Positions 35,060 to 43,975 of a stretch of DNA of 64,000 nt are shown piece by piece (position 1 is the first letter of the stretch; each line of letters begins with the position of its first letter). This DNA is from Candidatus Nealsonbacteria bacterium (GTDB taxonomy: Bacteria > Patescibacteriota > Minisyncoccia > Minisyncoccales > CAZKCU01). The translations under genes and the position numbers were made by a program. Below the pieces are notes generated by a model, which did no database searches, had not been told where the DNA came from, and saw only the letters and a list, made by a program, of their open reading frames with translations. The stretch covers positions 509,307 through 573,306 of the forward strand of contig CP179888.1 in the NCBI GenBank assembly GCA_047456305.1. Reading direction: 5' to 3'.

Positions 35060-35686
35060 ATGCCAAAAGAATGGATTTTAAATAGTGCTATAAATCGTTG
35101 GGGTCTTCAAAGAAAGAAGCAAGTTGGTGCTGTCTCTGATGAGATAAGAAAATGTAGCCCAAAAGATCTTGAAGATTGGGAAGAATATTATTTTAAAAAT
35201 GTTTATCCAAAGGAACATTTAGTTGAAATTGGTAGAAAGTTATATATAAAAATTTCCGAAGTTTTGGAGGCAGAAATAGAAAGCATTACAGAACAAGATT
35301 GTATTGATTATGTAATCAATTTGGTTCTAAATAGGACTTTCGATGGATATGTTAGTGAAAAGCAAACGATTTATGGACAACTACAAGATATTTTGGGAGT
35401 TAAAATAGAGCCAGCGTCAGATGAATGGGATAGATTATTTAATGTGGATTTTTATATTAAAATAAAAGAAAAATACATTGGTTTGCAGATTAAACCTACG
35501 GGATATGCTTTTATCACTCAGATTATTAAAGAACAGGAAGTACAAAAACAAACCCATAAAAAATTTACAGATAAATATGGAGGCAAAGTATTTTATATTT
35601 ACTCTATAAAAGAAGGTGATAAAAAAGTTATCCATAATAAAGAAGTTATTGACGAAATTAAACAAGAGATTAAACGATTAAGTTAA
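35060..35686 (+). CDS. Putative type II restriction endonuclease partner of the adjacent methyltransferase
   Basis: 208 aa, 4 nt upstream of the MTase. Possible PD-(D/E)xK-like core NVDFYIKIKEKYIGLQIKP. Assignment rests mainly on context. Confidence 0.45.
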   Translation: MPKEWILNSAINRWGLQRKKQVGAVSDEIRKCSPKDLEDWEEYYFKNVYPKEHLVEIGRKLYIKISEVLEAEIESITEQDCIDYVINLVLNRTFDGYVSEKQTIYGQLQDILGVKIEPASDEWDRLFNVDFYIKIKEKYIGLQIKPTGYAFITQIIKEQEVQKQTHKKFTDKYGGKVFYIYSIKEGDKKVIHNKEVIDEIKQEIKRLS

Positions 35687-35689
35687 ACT

Positions 35690-36634
35690 ATGTCTACCAC
35701 CCATAAAATTATTATAGGGGATTCACAGAATATGGCCGAGACTAAAGATGAATTGATTCATCTCGTCATTACATCGCCGCCCTATTGGCAACTCAAAGAT
35801 TATGGAGATTCAAACCAGATTGGTTTCAATGATAATTATGAGGATTATATTGATAATTTAAATAAAGTGTGGGCAGAATGTTATAGGGTTTTATATCCCG
35901 GCTGTAGATTATGTGTTAATATAGGCGACCAATTCACCAGAGCGGTGACTTATGGAAGATACAAAATTATACCTATTCGTGAAGAAATTATTAGATTTTG
36001 TGAATCAATCGGATTTGATTATATGGGTGCGATAATTTGGCAGAAAAAAACTACGATGAATACTACAGGCGGAGCTTCGGTAATGGGTTCTTTTCCTTAT
36101 CCTAGAAACGGACTCATTGAAATTGATTACGAATTTATATTGTTATTCAAAAAATTGGGTCAATCGTCGAATAAGGTAAGCAAAGAAATTAAAGAAGAAT
36201 CTAAACTATCAAACGAAGAATGGAGAAAATATTTTACAGGGCATTGGAATTTCGCTGGTTGTAAACAAGATAAACATGTTGCTATGTTTCCAGATGAATT
36301 ACCGAGACGACTTATAAAAATGTTTAGTTTTGTTGATGAAACAGTTCTTGATCCGTTCTTGGGAAGCGGAACTACTTCAAAAGTAGCGCGGAAATTAAAA
36401 AGAAATTCAATCGGATATGAAATTAATAAAGATTTTTTACCGATAATTGAAGACAAAATCGGCAAAAATAAACCATCATTGTTTGATCAAAAAGATGTAA
36501 TTGAAGTTATTTACCAGAGTAATAAAAAAGAGAACAATAATCATTCACTAAAAATTGGCGAAAACAATAAAACAATCAATAATCGTATTCGTCACCCAGA
36601 ATATTGGAAAACATTAAAAAACGAAAGTTTTTAA
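35690..36634 (+). CDS. DNA methyltransferase, beta-class N4-cytosine/N6-adenine type (SPPY motif)
   Basis: 314 aa. Motif IV LVITSPPYWQLKDY precedes motif I DPFLGSGTTSKVA (beta permutation). SPPY favours m4C. Confidence 0.9.
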   Translation: MSTTHKIIIGDSQNMAETKDELIHLVITSPPYWQLKDYGDSNQIGFNDNYEDYIDNLNKVWAECYRVLYPGCRLCVNIGDQFTRAVTYGRYKIIPIREEIIRFCESIGFDYMGAIIWQKKTTMNTTGGASVMGSFPYPRNGLIEIDYEFILLFKKLGQSSNKVSKEIKEESKLSNEEWRKYFTGHWNFAGCKQDKHVAMFPDELPRRLIKMFSFVDETVLDPFLGSGTTSKVARKLKRNSIGYEINKDFLPIIEDKIGKNKPSLFDQKDVIEVIYQSNKKENNNHSLKIGENNKTINNRIRHPEYWKTLKNESF

Positions 36635-36675
36635 AATAATCTTATTTGAGATTCTGCCGTATAAAATCCGTGTAT

Positions 36676-36738
36676 GGATTGAAGAAGTGATGTAAATGGT
36701 GTAGAAAACACACGGTACATAAAGAGATGAAGAAGTAA
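36676..36738 (+). pseudogene. Displaced relic of the rpmG 3' end
   Basis: 63 nt, 56/63 identical to 33961-34023. In the rpmG frame it reads GLKK*CKWCRKHTVHKEMKK*, with an internal TGA. Confidence 0.7.
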
Positions 36739-36740
36739 AA

Positions 36741-36811
36741 GGGGACATAGTTTAATGGTAAAATCTCTCTCTCCAAAAGAGATGATCCCTGTTCGAATCA
36801 GGGTGTCCCCG
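36741..36811 (+). tRNA. tRNA-Trp (CCA)
   Basis: ggggaca/tgtcccc acceptor, anticodon arm tctct-ctccaaa-agaga, T-arm ccctg-ttcgaat-caggg. Confidence 0.85.
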
Positions 36812-36815
36812 CAAA

Positions 36816-38339
36816 ATGATAAATTTTAACCGAAAAACCATCGTTATAATTATTATTGCGGTCTTAATCGTCGGTTTTGGGGTTTGGCAAGGTTTTTTTA
36901 AAAAAGAAGAACCGAGTTTTACTTTGACTGAGGTGGTTCGAGGAAATATTTCACAAGAAGTTTCGGAAACGGGTCAAGTTAAAAAAGGAGAGGAAATAAA
37001 CCTTAGTTTTAAAAGTTCGGGGGAAATTGAAAAAATATATGTTGAAGTAGGGGATAATGTTATAACCGGGCAGGATTTAGCTAAACTTGATACCAGCCAG
37101 CTTTTTATTCAACTTACTGAAGCTCGAGCCGCACTTGAAGTAGCTAAAGCAAAAAGGGCGGATACTCAAGTTTCCCTTGAAAATGCCAAACAGGATTTGA
37201 ATAACATAAAGGATAAAGCGGAGGAGGATTTAAATAATGCTTATGAAGACGCCCTCATCGTTTTTGATGATGCTTATCTAAAAATCTATAATACTTTTAA
37301 TGTAGTATACAATGTTCAGAAAACATACTTTTATACACTTAATGAGTATGGATTAAAAGTTATCGAAGAAAAATACAGAATAAAAAGTTCCCTTAAAAAA
37401 GTCAAAAGTTTAGTGAGCAATATAAAAAGTAATCCTCAACACGAAGATATAGACTCTGCGTTTCCTGAAACTAAGGCAGCATTAGAAAAAGTAAGTAATG
37501 CCTTAAAGAGAATTCGCGACATAACTGAGAATGCAGTTTATCGCGAGATTGTTTCAAGTACCTATAAATCGTCTTTAGATACCCAAAAATTAAATATTAA
37601 CAGCGTTTTCGATGACATCATTAATTCTCAGCAAAATATTTCGACTATTAAAATTAATAATAAAACAAATATCAATGCTGCCGAAGCTAAAGTTACTACC
37701 CTCGAGGCCCAGCTACAATCAGACGGAGAAACTGCCGGTTTATACCAAGCGCAGGTAAAACAGGCCGAGGCCCAAATCAATTTTTTAGAAAACCAAATCA
37801 AAGACACCTATTTAAAAAGCTCCACTCAAGGACAGATAACAAAAATCAACAAAAAAGTGGGGGAGCAATCTATGTTGGGAGATAGTATAATTTCTCTTTT
37901 ACCCGCTGTTCCATTTAGTATAGAGGCAGATATCTATGAAGAAGATGTGGTTAAAATTAATATTGGCAACCCGGTGGATATTTCCTTAGTTGCTTTTCCG
38001 GAGCAAGCTTTTAAAGGAAAAGTAATCTCAATTGAGCCAGCTGAAAAACTAATTGAAGGAGTAGTTTATTACCAAGTAAGTATTGCTTTTGAGAAATTGC
38101 CCGAAGGAGTTAAACCGGGAATGACCGCAGATTTAGTAATTAAAACTGCTTTAAAAGAAAATGTCTTAGTTATTCCCGCGGAGGCGATTCAAGAAAAAGA
38201 TGGCAAGCAAATTGTTGAAGTTCTTAAAGATAATTTAATTGAAGAAAGAGAAATTAAAACTGGTTTAAAGGGATCAGATGATACGGTGGAAGTCATTTCC
38301 GGACTGTCTGAAGGAGAAAGCGTTATTATCCCCGAATAA
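36816..38339 (+). CDS. HlyD/MacA-like membrane-fusion (periplasmic adaptor) protein
   Basis: 507 aa. N-terminal TM, lipoyl-like hairpin (GEIEKIYVEVGDNVITGQDLAKLD), long coiled coil, beta-barrel C-terminus. Upstream of the ABC pair. Confidence 0.8.
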   Translation: MINFNRKTIVIIIIAVLIVGFGVWQGFFKKEEPSFTLTEVVRGNISQEVSETGQVKKGEEINLSFKSSGEIEKIYVEVGDNVITGQDLAKLDTSQLFIQLTEARAALEVAKAKRADTQVSLENAKQDLNNIKDKAEEDLNNAYEDALIVFDDAYLKIYNTFNVVYNVQKTYFYTLNEYGLKVIEEKYRIKSSLKKVKSLVSNIKSNPQHEDIDSAFPETKAALEKVSNALKRIRDITENAVYREIVSSTYKSSLDTQKLNINSVFDDIINSQQNISTIKINNKTNINAAEAKVTTLEAQLQSDGETAGLYQAQVKQAEAQINFLENQIKDTYLKSSTQGQITKINKKVGEQSMLGDSIISLLPAVPFSIEADIYEEDVVKINIGNPVDISLVAFPEQAFKGKVISIEPAEKLIEGVVYYQVSIAFEKLPEGVKPGMTADLVIKTALKENVLVIPAEAIQEKDGKQIVEVLKDNLIEEREIKTGLKGSDDTVEVISGLSEGESVIIPE

Positions 38340-38343
38340 ATAT

Positions 38344-39057
38344 ATGTCAGAACCCATCATCAAGTTAGAAAATGTTTGGAAGATTTATCCATTAGGAAAA
38401 GTGGAATTGATTGCCTTAAAAGGGACAGACCTGGAGATTGCTCCAGGTTCTTTTGTAACTATTATGGGTCCTTCAGGTTCTGGGAAATCCACTCTTTTAA
38501 ATATAATAGGTCTTTTAGATGTTCCAACTCGGGGAAAAGTAATTTTAAAAGGGGAAGACGTTTCTTTATTTTCTGAAGACCAATTATCTCAACTCAGAGG
38601 CAAAACTATTGGTTTTATATTCCAGGAGTTTAATCTTTTGGCCAATCTTAATACTTTAGAAAATGTAATGCTGCCAATGATTTTTCAAGGAATACCTTTT
38701 GAAGAAAGAAAAAAAAGAGCTAAAGATCTTTTAATTTCAGTAGGCTTGGGAGAAAGAATTTTTCATCAACCGGCTGAACTTTCTGGCGGGGAACGTCAAA
38801 GAGTTGCTATTGCCAGAGCTTTTGCTAATGATCCGGAATTAGTTATCGCTGATGAACCTACTGGAAATTTAGACTCAACTACCGGGAAAAAAGTAATGGA
38901 GATTTTAACAGATTTTCACAAAAGAGAAGGGAAAACTATAGTGGTAGTTACTCATGATCCCCATATTGCAGATTACAGCGAAAAGATAGTTAATATTAAG
39001 GATGGCCAGATAGTTATTAATCATAAACAGGCAGCAAAAGTTTTATGGAGCAAATAA
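38344..39057 (+). CDS. ABC transporter ATP-binding protein (MacB/LolD-type)
   Basis: Start at MSEPIIKLENV. Walker A GPSGSGKST, signature LSGGERQRVAIARA, Walker B LVIADEPTGNLD. Confidence 0.9.
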   Translation: MSEPIIKLENVWKIYPLGKVELIALKGTDLEIAPGSFVTIMGPSGSGKSTLLNIIGLLDVPTRGKVILKGEDVSLFSEDQLSQLRGKTIGFIFQEFNLLANLNTLENVMLPMIFQGIPFEERKKRAKDLLISVGLGERIFHQPAELSGGERQRVAIARAFANDPELVIADEPTGNLDSTTGKKVMEILTDFHKREGKTIVVVTHDPHIADYSEKIVNIKDGQIVINHKQAAKVLWSK

Positions 39058-40271
39058 AGGAATATTTCAAAATATCTTTAAGAAATCTAAGGACTAGGTC
39101 TTTAAGAAGTTGGCTGACTATTTTAGGCATTGTCGTTGGTATTTTCTTGATTATTAGTTTACTTTCTTTAAGCCAAGGAATTAAAAAAGCTATTAATGAA
39201 CAAATGGAGGCAATGGGGGGAGATATGATTATGGTTATGCCAGGGAGCGAAGAAAATCTAATGGGGATGATGGTAGGCGGAGAAGTGTTAGAAAAACAAG
39301 ATATTGCTGCCATAGAGAAAACAAAAGGAGTTGAGGATGTTTTGATTATGTCTTACAGAGGGATTGTAGCAAGATACAAGGAAGAGGCAAAAATGGTACT
39401 TTTGACTGGACTACCCTGGGATAAAGGATTGGAAATTTTGGAGAAGTTTCAGGGTTGGAGTTTATCTGAGGGCAGATGGCCTATTCCTGGAAAAAGGGAA
39501 GTTGCAGTCGGCAAGCAATGGATCATTGATATATTTAAAGAAAAAGTCAAAGTAAATCAAGAAATAGTTATGAAAGGAAGAAAGTTCAAAATAGTAGGGA
39601 TATTGAATTCTCTTGGCAATAAGTCGGATGATAGTAATATTTATTTAGATATAGAGCTTTATCAGGATTTAACTGGAGAAAAAAAAGGTTCAGCCAGAGT
39701 GGCCATGGTAAAGATTGAAGAAGGATTGTCTGCTGATGAAGTAGCAGAAGACATAAAAGAGAGTCTTCAAAAAACAAGAAAGAGAAGATTTGGAGAAGAT
39801 ACGGCTGATTTTGCAGTTGTCACTGCTGAAAAAATGATTGGGATAACAAACAATATTTTAGGCATTATTCAATCAGCTATTATACTTTTTGCCAGTATTG
39901 CTATTCTTGTTGGTGGAATTAGTATAACAAATACAATGTTTACTTCTATTCGGGAAAGAACAAGAGAAATAGGCATTATGAAAGCGATTGGTGCTAAGAA
40001 TTCAACTGTTCTGACAATTTTCTTGATTGAAGCTGGAATTATTGGCTTAGCAGGAGGCTCTGGAGGTATAATACTTGGAATTATCTGTGCAAAAATTATT
40101 GAATTATATTCGCAGGCTAATCCTCTGTTTTATTTTTCTGTGTCTATATCACCCGGTTTAATTTTATTCGGCTTCGCATTTTCAATTTTGGTTGGCTGTT
40201 TTTCAGGATTTTTTCCAGCCAGAAGAGCAGCCAAGCTTAAACCGGTCGAAGCTTTAAGAAGATACGAGTAA
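39045..40271 (+). CDS. ABC transporter permease (MacB/FtsX-like)
   Basis: 408 aa. N-terminal TM, large extracytoplasmic domain and three C-terminal TMs with RTREIGIMKAIGA. Confidence 0.85.
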   Translation: MEQIKEYFKISLRNLRTRSLRSWLTILGIVVGIFLIISLLSLSQGIKKAINEQMEAMGGDMIMVMPGSEENLMGMMVGGEVLEKQDIAAIEKTKGVEDVLIMSYRGIVARYKEEAKMVLLTGLPWDKGLEILEKFQGWSLSEGRWPIPGKREVAVGKQWIIDIFKEKVKVNQEIVMKGRKFKIVGILNSLGNKSDDSNIYLDIELYQDLTGEKKGSARVAMVKIEEGLSADEVAEDIKESLQKTRKRRFGEDTADFAVVTAEKMIGITNNILGIIQSAIILFASIAILVGGISITNTMFTSIRERTREIGIMKAIGAKNSTVLTIFLIEAGIIGLAGGSGGIILGIICAKIIELYSQANPLFYFSVSISPGLILFGFAFSILVGCFSGFFPARRAAKLKPVEALRRYE

Positions 40272-40296
40272 CAAACTAATTCCTAATTTCTAAAAA

Positions 40297-40833
40297 ATGA
40301 CTATCTTAGAGATTAAAAAATATCCAGACCCGATTTTGAGAAAAAAATGCTCGCCCGTCCAAATTTCGCGAAGTAAAACTTGGTCGGGTAAAGAAGTAAA
40401 AGAAATAGCTCCGGATATAAAACAGCTAATTAATGATATGATAGAGACAATGGAAGAAAACAAAGGAGTAGGTTTAGCTGCTCCTCAAGTTGGCATTTTA
40501 AAAAGAATTATCGTTGCCCAGACAGACTATGGGTCTAAGGCTTTTATTAATCCGGAAATTATCAAAAAAACAAAAGAGAAAGAAATTATGGAAGAGGGTT
40601 GTTTGAGTTTTCCCGATCTTTGGCTGAAAGTAGAAAGAGCAAAAGGAGTAGAAATTACCGCCTTAGATAGTAATGGAAACAAAATAAAAGCCGAAGGGCT
40701 TTTAGCTAGAATTCTCCAGCACGAAATTGACCATTTAGATGGCATTTTATTTATCGATAGGATTTCTTTTTGGCAGAGATTGAAAATTAGAAAAAAATTA
40801 AAAGAGATTGAAGAAAAATATGGCTCTCGTTGA
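40297..40833 (+). CDS. def: Peptide deformylase
   Basis: 178 aa. GVGLAAPQVG, EGCLSFP and HEIDHLDG. Has a ~12-aa insert near the N-terminus. Confidence 0.95.
   Translation: MTILEIKKYPDPILRKKCSPVQISRSKTWSGKEVKEIAPDIKQLINDMIETMEENKGVGLAAPQVGILKRIIVAQTDYGSKAFINPEIIKKTKEKEIMEEGCLSFPDLWLKVERAKGVEITALDSNGNKIKAEGLLARILQHEIDHLDGILFIDRISFWQRLKIRKKLKEIEEKYGSR
40352..40390 (+). repeat. GC-rich hairpin insert inside def
   Basis: cgcccgtccaa-atttcgcgaagtaaaac-ttggtcgggta encodes QISRSKTWSGKE, which is extra relative to typical Def. Ends in tcgggta like the family consensus. Confidence 0.55.
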
Positions 40834-41437
40834 TAATCTAATTGAAGGAGGTTGGTTAAAAACTCCGAGAATTATTGAGGCCTTTCGAAAAATTAAAAGA
40901 GTGGATTTTTTGCCGGAGGATATTAAAAATTTAGCTGAACTAAATGAAGCCCTGCCAATAGGTTATGGCCAGACTATTTCTCAACCCCTGGTAGTAGCTT
41001 TTATGTTAGAGAAACTTCAACCTCAGCCAGGCAATAAGATTTTAGATATTGGTTCTGGTTCTGGATGGACCTCAGCTCTCTTGGGGGAGATCGTCGGCGA
41101 GGCGGGGAAAATCACAGCTATAGAGGTAATTCCCGAATTAAAAGAGTTCGGTGAAAAAAACGTTTCAAAATATAATTTTATAAAAAAGGGACAGGTTCAA
41201 TTTATCTGTGCCGATGGTTCAAAAGGATATGAAAAAGAAGCTCCTTTTGATGGGATTTTAGTTTCAGCCAGTGTCCAAACTGAGGTTCCTCAAGCCTGGA
41301 AAGACCAGATAAAAATCGGTGGAAGAATTGTTACTCCACTCGGCTCCTCAATTTGGCGATTTACGAAAAAAAGCGCTACTAAATTTGAAGAAATTGAATA
41401 CCCGGGTTTTGTTTTTGTCCCCTTAATCGAAAAATGA
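40808..41437 (+). CDS. pcm: Protein-L-isoaspartate O-methyltransferase
   Basis: 209 aa. GYGQTISQPLVVAFMLE and ILDIGSGSGWTSALL. Start may be M5. Confidence 0.85.
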   Translation: MKKNMALVDNLIEGGWLKTPRIIEAFRKIKRVDFLPEDIKNLAELNEALPIGYGQTISQPLVVAFMLEKLQPQPGNKILDIGSGSGWTSALLGEIVGEAGKITAIEVIPELKEFGEKNVSKYNFIKKGQVQFICADGSKGYEKEAPFDGILVSASVQTEVPQAWKDQIKIGGRIVTPLGSSIWRFTKKSATKFEEIEYPGFVFVPLIEK

Positions 41438-42393
41438 AATTGCGTTTTTTAATTATAATTTTAATTATTTTTCTTTGCGGTTTTTTTCTTTGGCAGGGGA
41501 TTTATTTGCCAAAAGAAGGGATTTGTCTAGAGGAGAAATTGTTTTTAGTTGAGAAGGGTGAAAATCTTTTTCAGATTGCCGAAAATTTAGAAAAAGAAGA
41601 TTTAATTAAAAATAGATTTTTCTTTGGTTTTTATGTATTAATAAAAGGGGGTCAAGACAAACTTCGGGCCGGGGAGTATTTTTTGAGCCCATCAATGAAT
41701 ATTACTGAAATTGCCAGAAAAATCATTTTAGGAGAAATAGCAAAAATAATGGTGACAATACCAGAAGGGTTTACGGTAAAACAAATTGAAAAGCTACTTG
41801 GATTAAAGTTGCCTGGCAGAGATTTGGAAGGATTTTTGTTTCCCGATACCTATCAATTTCCGTTGAGAGTAGGCGAAGAAGACAAATCTTCTTCTTCACC
41901 CTTCGCTGCGGCTCGGGTAGGCGAAGAAGTGGTTAAAAAAATGCGAGATAATTTTGAGAAAAAACTGACCCAAGATTTACGAGAAGAAATTGAAAAACAA
42001 GGGAAAACGGTCCGGGAAATAGTAATTATGGCTTCTTTAATTGAAAAAGAAGTCAAAACAAAAACAGACAAAAAATTAGTTTCGGGAATTTTGTGGAAGA
42101 GGCGAAATCATAATATTCCCTTACAGGTTGATGCAACTATAAATTACATTACTGGGAAAAAAACCATAAAAGTTTCAATTGAGGAGACTAAAATTGATTC
42201 TCCCTACAACACTTACAAGTATTTGGGCTTACCTTTGGGCCCGATTTGCAATCCGGGCCTTGAAAGTATTGAAGCGGCAATATACCCCAAAAGTAGTCAC
42301 TATTGGTATTATTTGTCAACGTCGAATGGAGAGACCTATTTTAGTGAAACTCTAGAAGATCACAACATTAAAAAAGCAAAATACTTAAAATAA
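41434..42393 (+). CDS. mltG: Endolytic murein transglycosylase MltG (YceG-like)
   Basis: 319 aa. N-terminal TM, EGFLFPDTY, ASLIEKE and SPYNTY. Carries a 48-nt in-frame element. Confidence 0.9.
   Translation: MKLRFLIIILIIFLCGFFLWQGIYLPKEGICLEEKLFLVEKGENLFQIAENLEKEDLIKNRFFFGFYVLIKGGQDKLRAGEYFLSPSMNITEIARKIILGEIAKIMVTIPEGFTVKQIEKLLGLKLPGRDLEGFLFPDTYQFPLRVGEEDKSSSSPFAAARVGEEVVKKMRDNFEKKLTQDLREEIEKQGKTVREIVIMASLIEKEVKTKTDKKLVSGILWKRRNHNIPLQVDATINYITGKKTIKVSIEETKIDSPYNTYKYLGLPLGPICNPGLESIEAAIYPKSSHYWYYLSTSNGETYFSETLEDHNIKKAKYLK
41869..41929 (+). repeat. Nested-hairpin mini-element inside mltG with a 13-bp flanking direct repeat
   Basis: gtaggcgaagaag (41869-41881) recurs at 41917-41929, a 48-nt period. 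Core gaagaaga-caaa-tcttcttc-ttcacccttcgctgcggctcgggt encodes GEEDKSSSSPFAAARV. Confidence 0.85.
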
Positions 42394-42394
42394 T

Positions 42395-42943
42395 ATGCCT
42401 GAGAAAAATTTAACAGGAAAACAAATTGCCATAGTTGTTTCTTTTAAAGATTTTCGGGACGAGGAATATTTTGTGCCAAAAGAAATTTTAACAGCAGCCG
42501 GAGCTGAAATAAAAAATGTTAGCACTCAAGAAGGTTTAGCTATTGGAGCCGATGGGGGAGAGGCCGAAGTCAATCTATTGATTTCCGAAATCAATATAGC
42601 TGATTTTGATGCCGTAGTTTTTATTGGAGGCCCAGGATGTCTAAAATATCTTGATAATGAAGATTCTTACAGGGTGGCAAAGCAAACTCTATCACAAGAT
42701 AAATTAGTAGCTGCAATTTGTATTAGCCCGGTTATTTTAGCTAAAGCCGGCGTCTTGGAAGGGAAAAGGGCAACGGTCTGGTCGGGTCCAATGGATAGAG
42801 AACCCGTTAGGATTTTGAAAAATTACGGAGCAGTTTATCAAGATACACAGGTAGTAATAGATGGAAAAATTATTACTGGAAATGGTCCAGCTGCTGCCAA
42901 AGAATTTGGAGAAGCAATTGTTGAGGTATTGACAGGTAAATAG
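42395..42943 (+). CDS. DJ-1/PfpI family protein
   Basis: 182 aa. FDAVVFIGGPG and the nucleophile-elbow context VAAICISPVILA. Confidence 0.85.
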   Translation: MPEKNLTGKQIAIVVSFKDFRDEEYFVPKEILTAAGAEIKNVSTQEGLAIGADGGEAEVNLLISEINIADFDAVVFIGGPGCLKYLDNEDSYRVAKQTLSQDKLVAAICISPVILAKAGVLEGKRATVWSGPMDREPVRILKNYGAVYQDTQVVIDGKIITGNGPAAAKEFGEAIVEVLTGK

Positions 42944-42967
42944 AAAAAGATTATATTTAAACATAGT

Positions 42968-43219
42968 ATGGCAGAAGAAATTAAAGAAATTTTAAAAGAA
43001 TATAACGAAGATGTTAAAAGGCATATTGATGTCCTAAAAGAAGATTTTAATAGTAAGGTTAGTTTAATTGGAGAGCAGTATGGTTCTATTCAAGAAAACC
43101 TCGAAATTATTAAAAATGATATCGAAATCATTAAAAACTCTCTAAAAAAGAAAGTTGATGTTGACGATTTCGAAGCATTAGAAGGTAGGGTTAGAGTTTT
43201 AGAATCAAAAATAAAATAA
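42968..43219 (+). CDS. Hypothetical coiled-coil protein
   Basis: 83-aa ORF with heptad-like K/E/I composition. Confidence 0.4.
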   Translation: MAEEIKEILKEYNEDVKRHIDVLKEDFNSKVSLIGEQYGSIQENLEIIKNDIEIIKNSLKKKVDVDDFEALEGRVRVLESKIK

Positions 43220-43224
43220 GAAAT

Positions 43225-43320
43225 AGCCGCAGACAGCAGGCGATTTATGTAAGTCCTGCCGAGGATGAAATACATAGGTTTGACCTATGCAATCTGTCTG
43301 CGGTAGAACGCAGATTTTTA
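43225..43320 (+). promoter_or_regulatory. Ribosomal protein L10-leader-like structured 5' UTR with a terminator alternative
   Basis: Three-way junction: ccgcagacag/ctgtctgcgg, gcagg/cctgc and cataggt/acctatg. The 3' strand of P1 overlaps the hairpin ctgcg-gtagaa-cgcag plus T-run, just upstream of rplJ. Confidence 0.45.
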
Positions 43321-43329
43321 ATTAAAGAA

Positions 43330-43848
43330 ATGGCCTTAACTAAAACTCAAAAACAAAAAATCCTTGAAGATTTAAAAGAAAAAATCGATAGGCAAAAAGC
43401 AATTATTTTTGTTGATTTCTCAGGTTTAAAGGTAAAAGACCTTTTTGACCTAAGAAAAAGATTGAAGAAGGTAAATAGCGAATTAAAAGTAAGTAAAAAA
43501 ACCTTATTAGCTTTAGTTTTTAAGGAAAAGAAGCTAAAAATTGATATAGAAAAATTAAAAGGAGAGATTGCCTTGATTTTCGGATTTGGAGATAAGATAC
43601 CTCCAGCCAAAATATCCTATCAGTTTTCTCAGGAGAATAAGAATTTAAAAATTTTAGGCGGGTTTTCTGAGAATAAATTTGTTGAGCCAGAAAGAATTAT
43701 TGAATTAGCGAAATTGCCAACGAAAGAAGAACTTTTGGCAAGATTAGTTTCGAGCGTTTCAGCTCCAATTTCAAATTTTATCAATGTTTTAGAAGGAAAC
43801 ATTAAAGGTCTAATTTTGGCATTAAATGCCATAAGTAAATTAAAATAA
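43330..43848 (+). CDS. rplJ: Ribosomal protein uL10
   Basis: 172 aa. FVDFSGLKVKDLFDLRKRL, and the gene is directly upstream of rplL. Confidence 0.9.
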   Translation: MALTKTQKQKILEDLKEKIDRQKAIIFVDFSGLKVKDLFDLRKRLKKVNSELKVSKKTLLALVFKEKKLKIDIEKLKGEIALIFGFGDKIPPAKISYQFSQENKNLKILGGFSENKFVEPERIIELAKLPTKEELLARLVSSVSAPISNFINVLEGNIKGLILALNAISKLK

Positions 43849-43861
43849 TAATTAAAATTAT

Positions 43862-43975
43862 AGCGAAGAATTAAGAACCTGACTTCGTCAGAACCTTATT
43901 CTTCTTTATAATTTTTCACTCATCGAGCTTTTGTGAAACAAAAGTGAAGATGGAAAAGAGATTTATCTCTTTGAT
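43862..43975. repeat. Degenerate mini-element remnants between rplJ and rplL
   Basis: agcgaagaat...attcttc hairpin and gtgaagatggaaaagagatttatctcttt (compare gggtggagaagagatttatctcttc at 12831). Confidence 0.45.

Larger units (their letters stand above)
33976..36736. mobile_element. ~2.7-kb inserted island (small TM protein, protease, REase, MTase) bounded by direct repeats of the rpmG 3' end
   Basis: The 46-bp repeat tgtaaatggtgtagaaa(g/a)cacacggtacataaagagatgaagaagt occurs at 33976-34021 and 36691-36736. Weaker similarity extends 15 bp further upstream. No recombinase gene is present. Confidence 0.55.
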
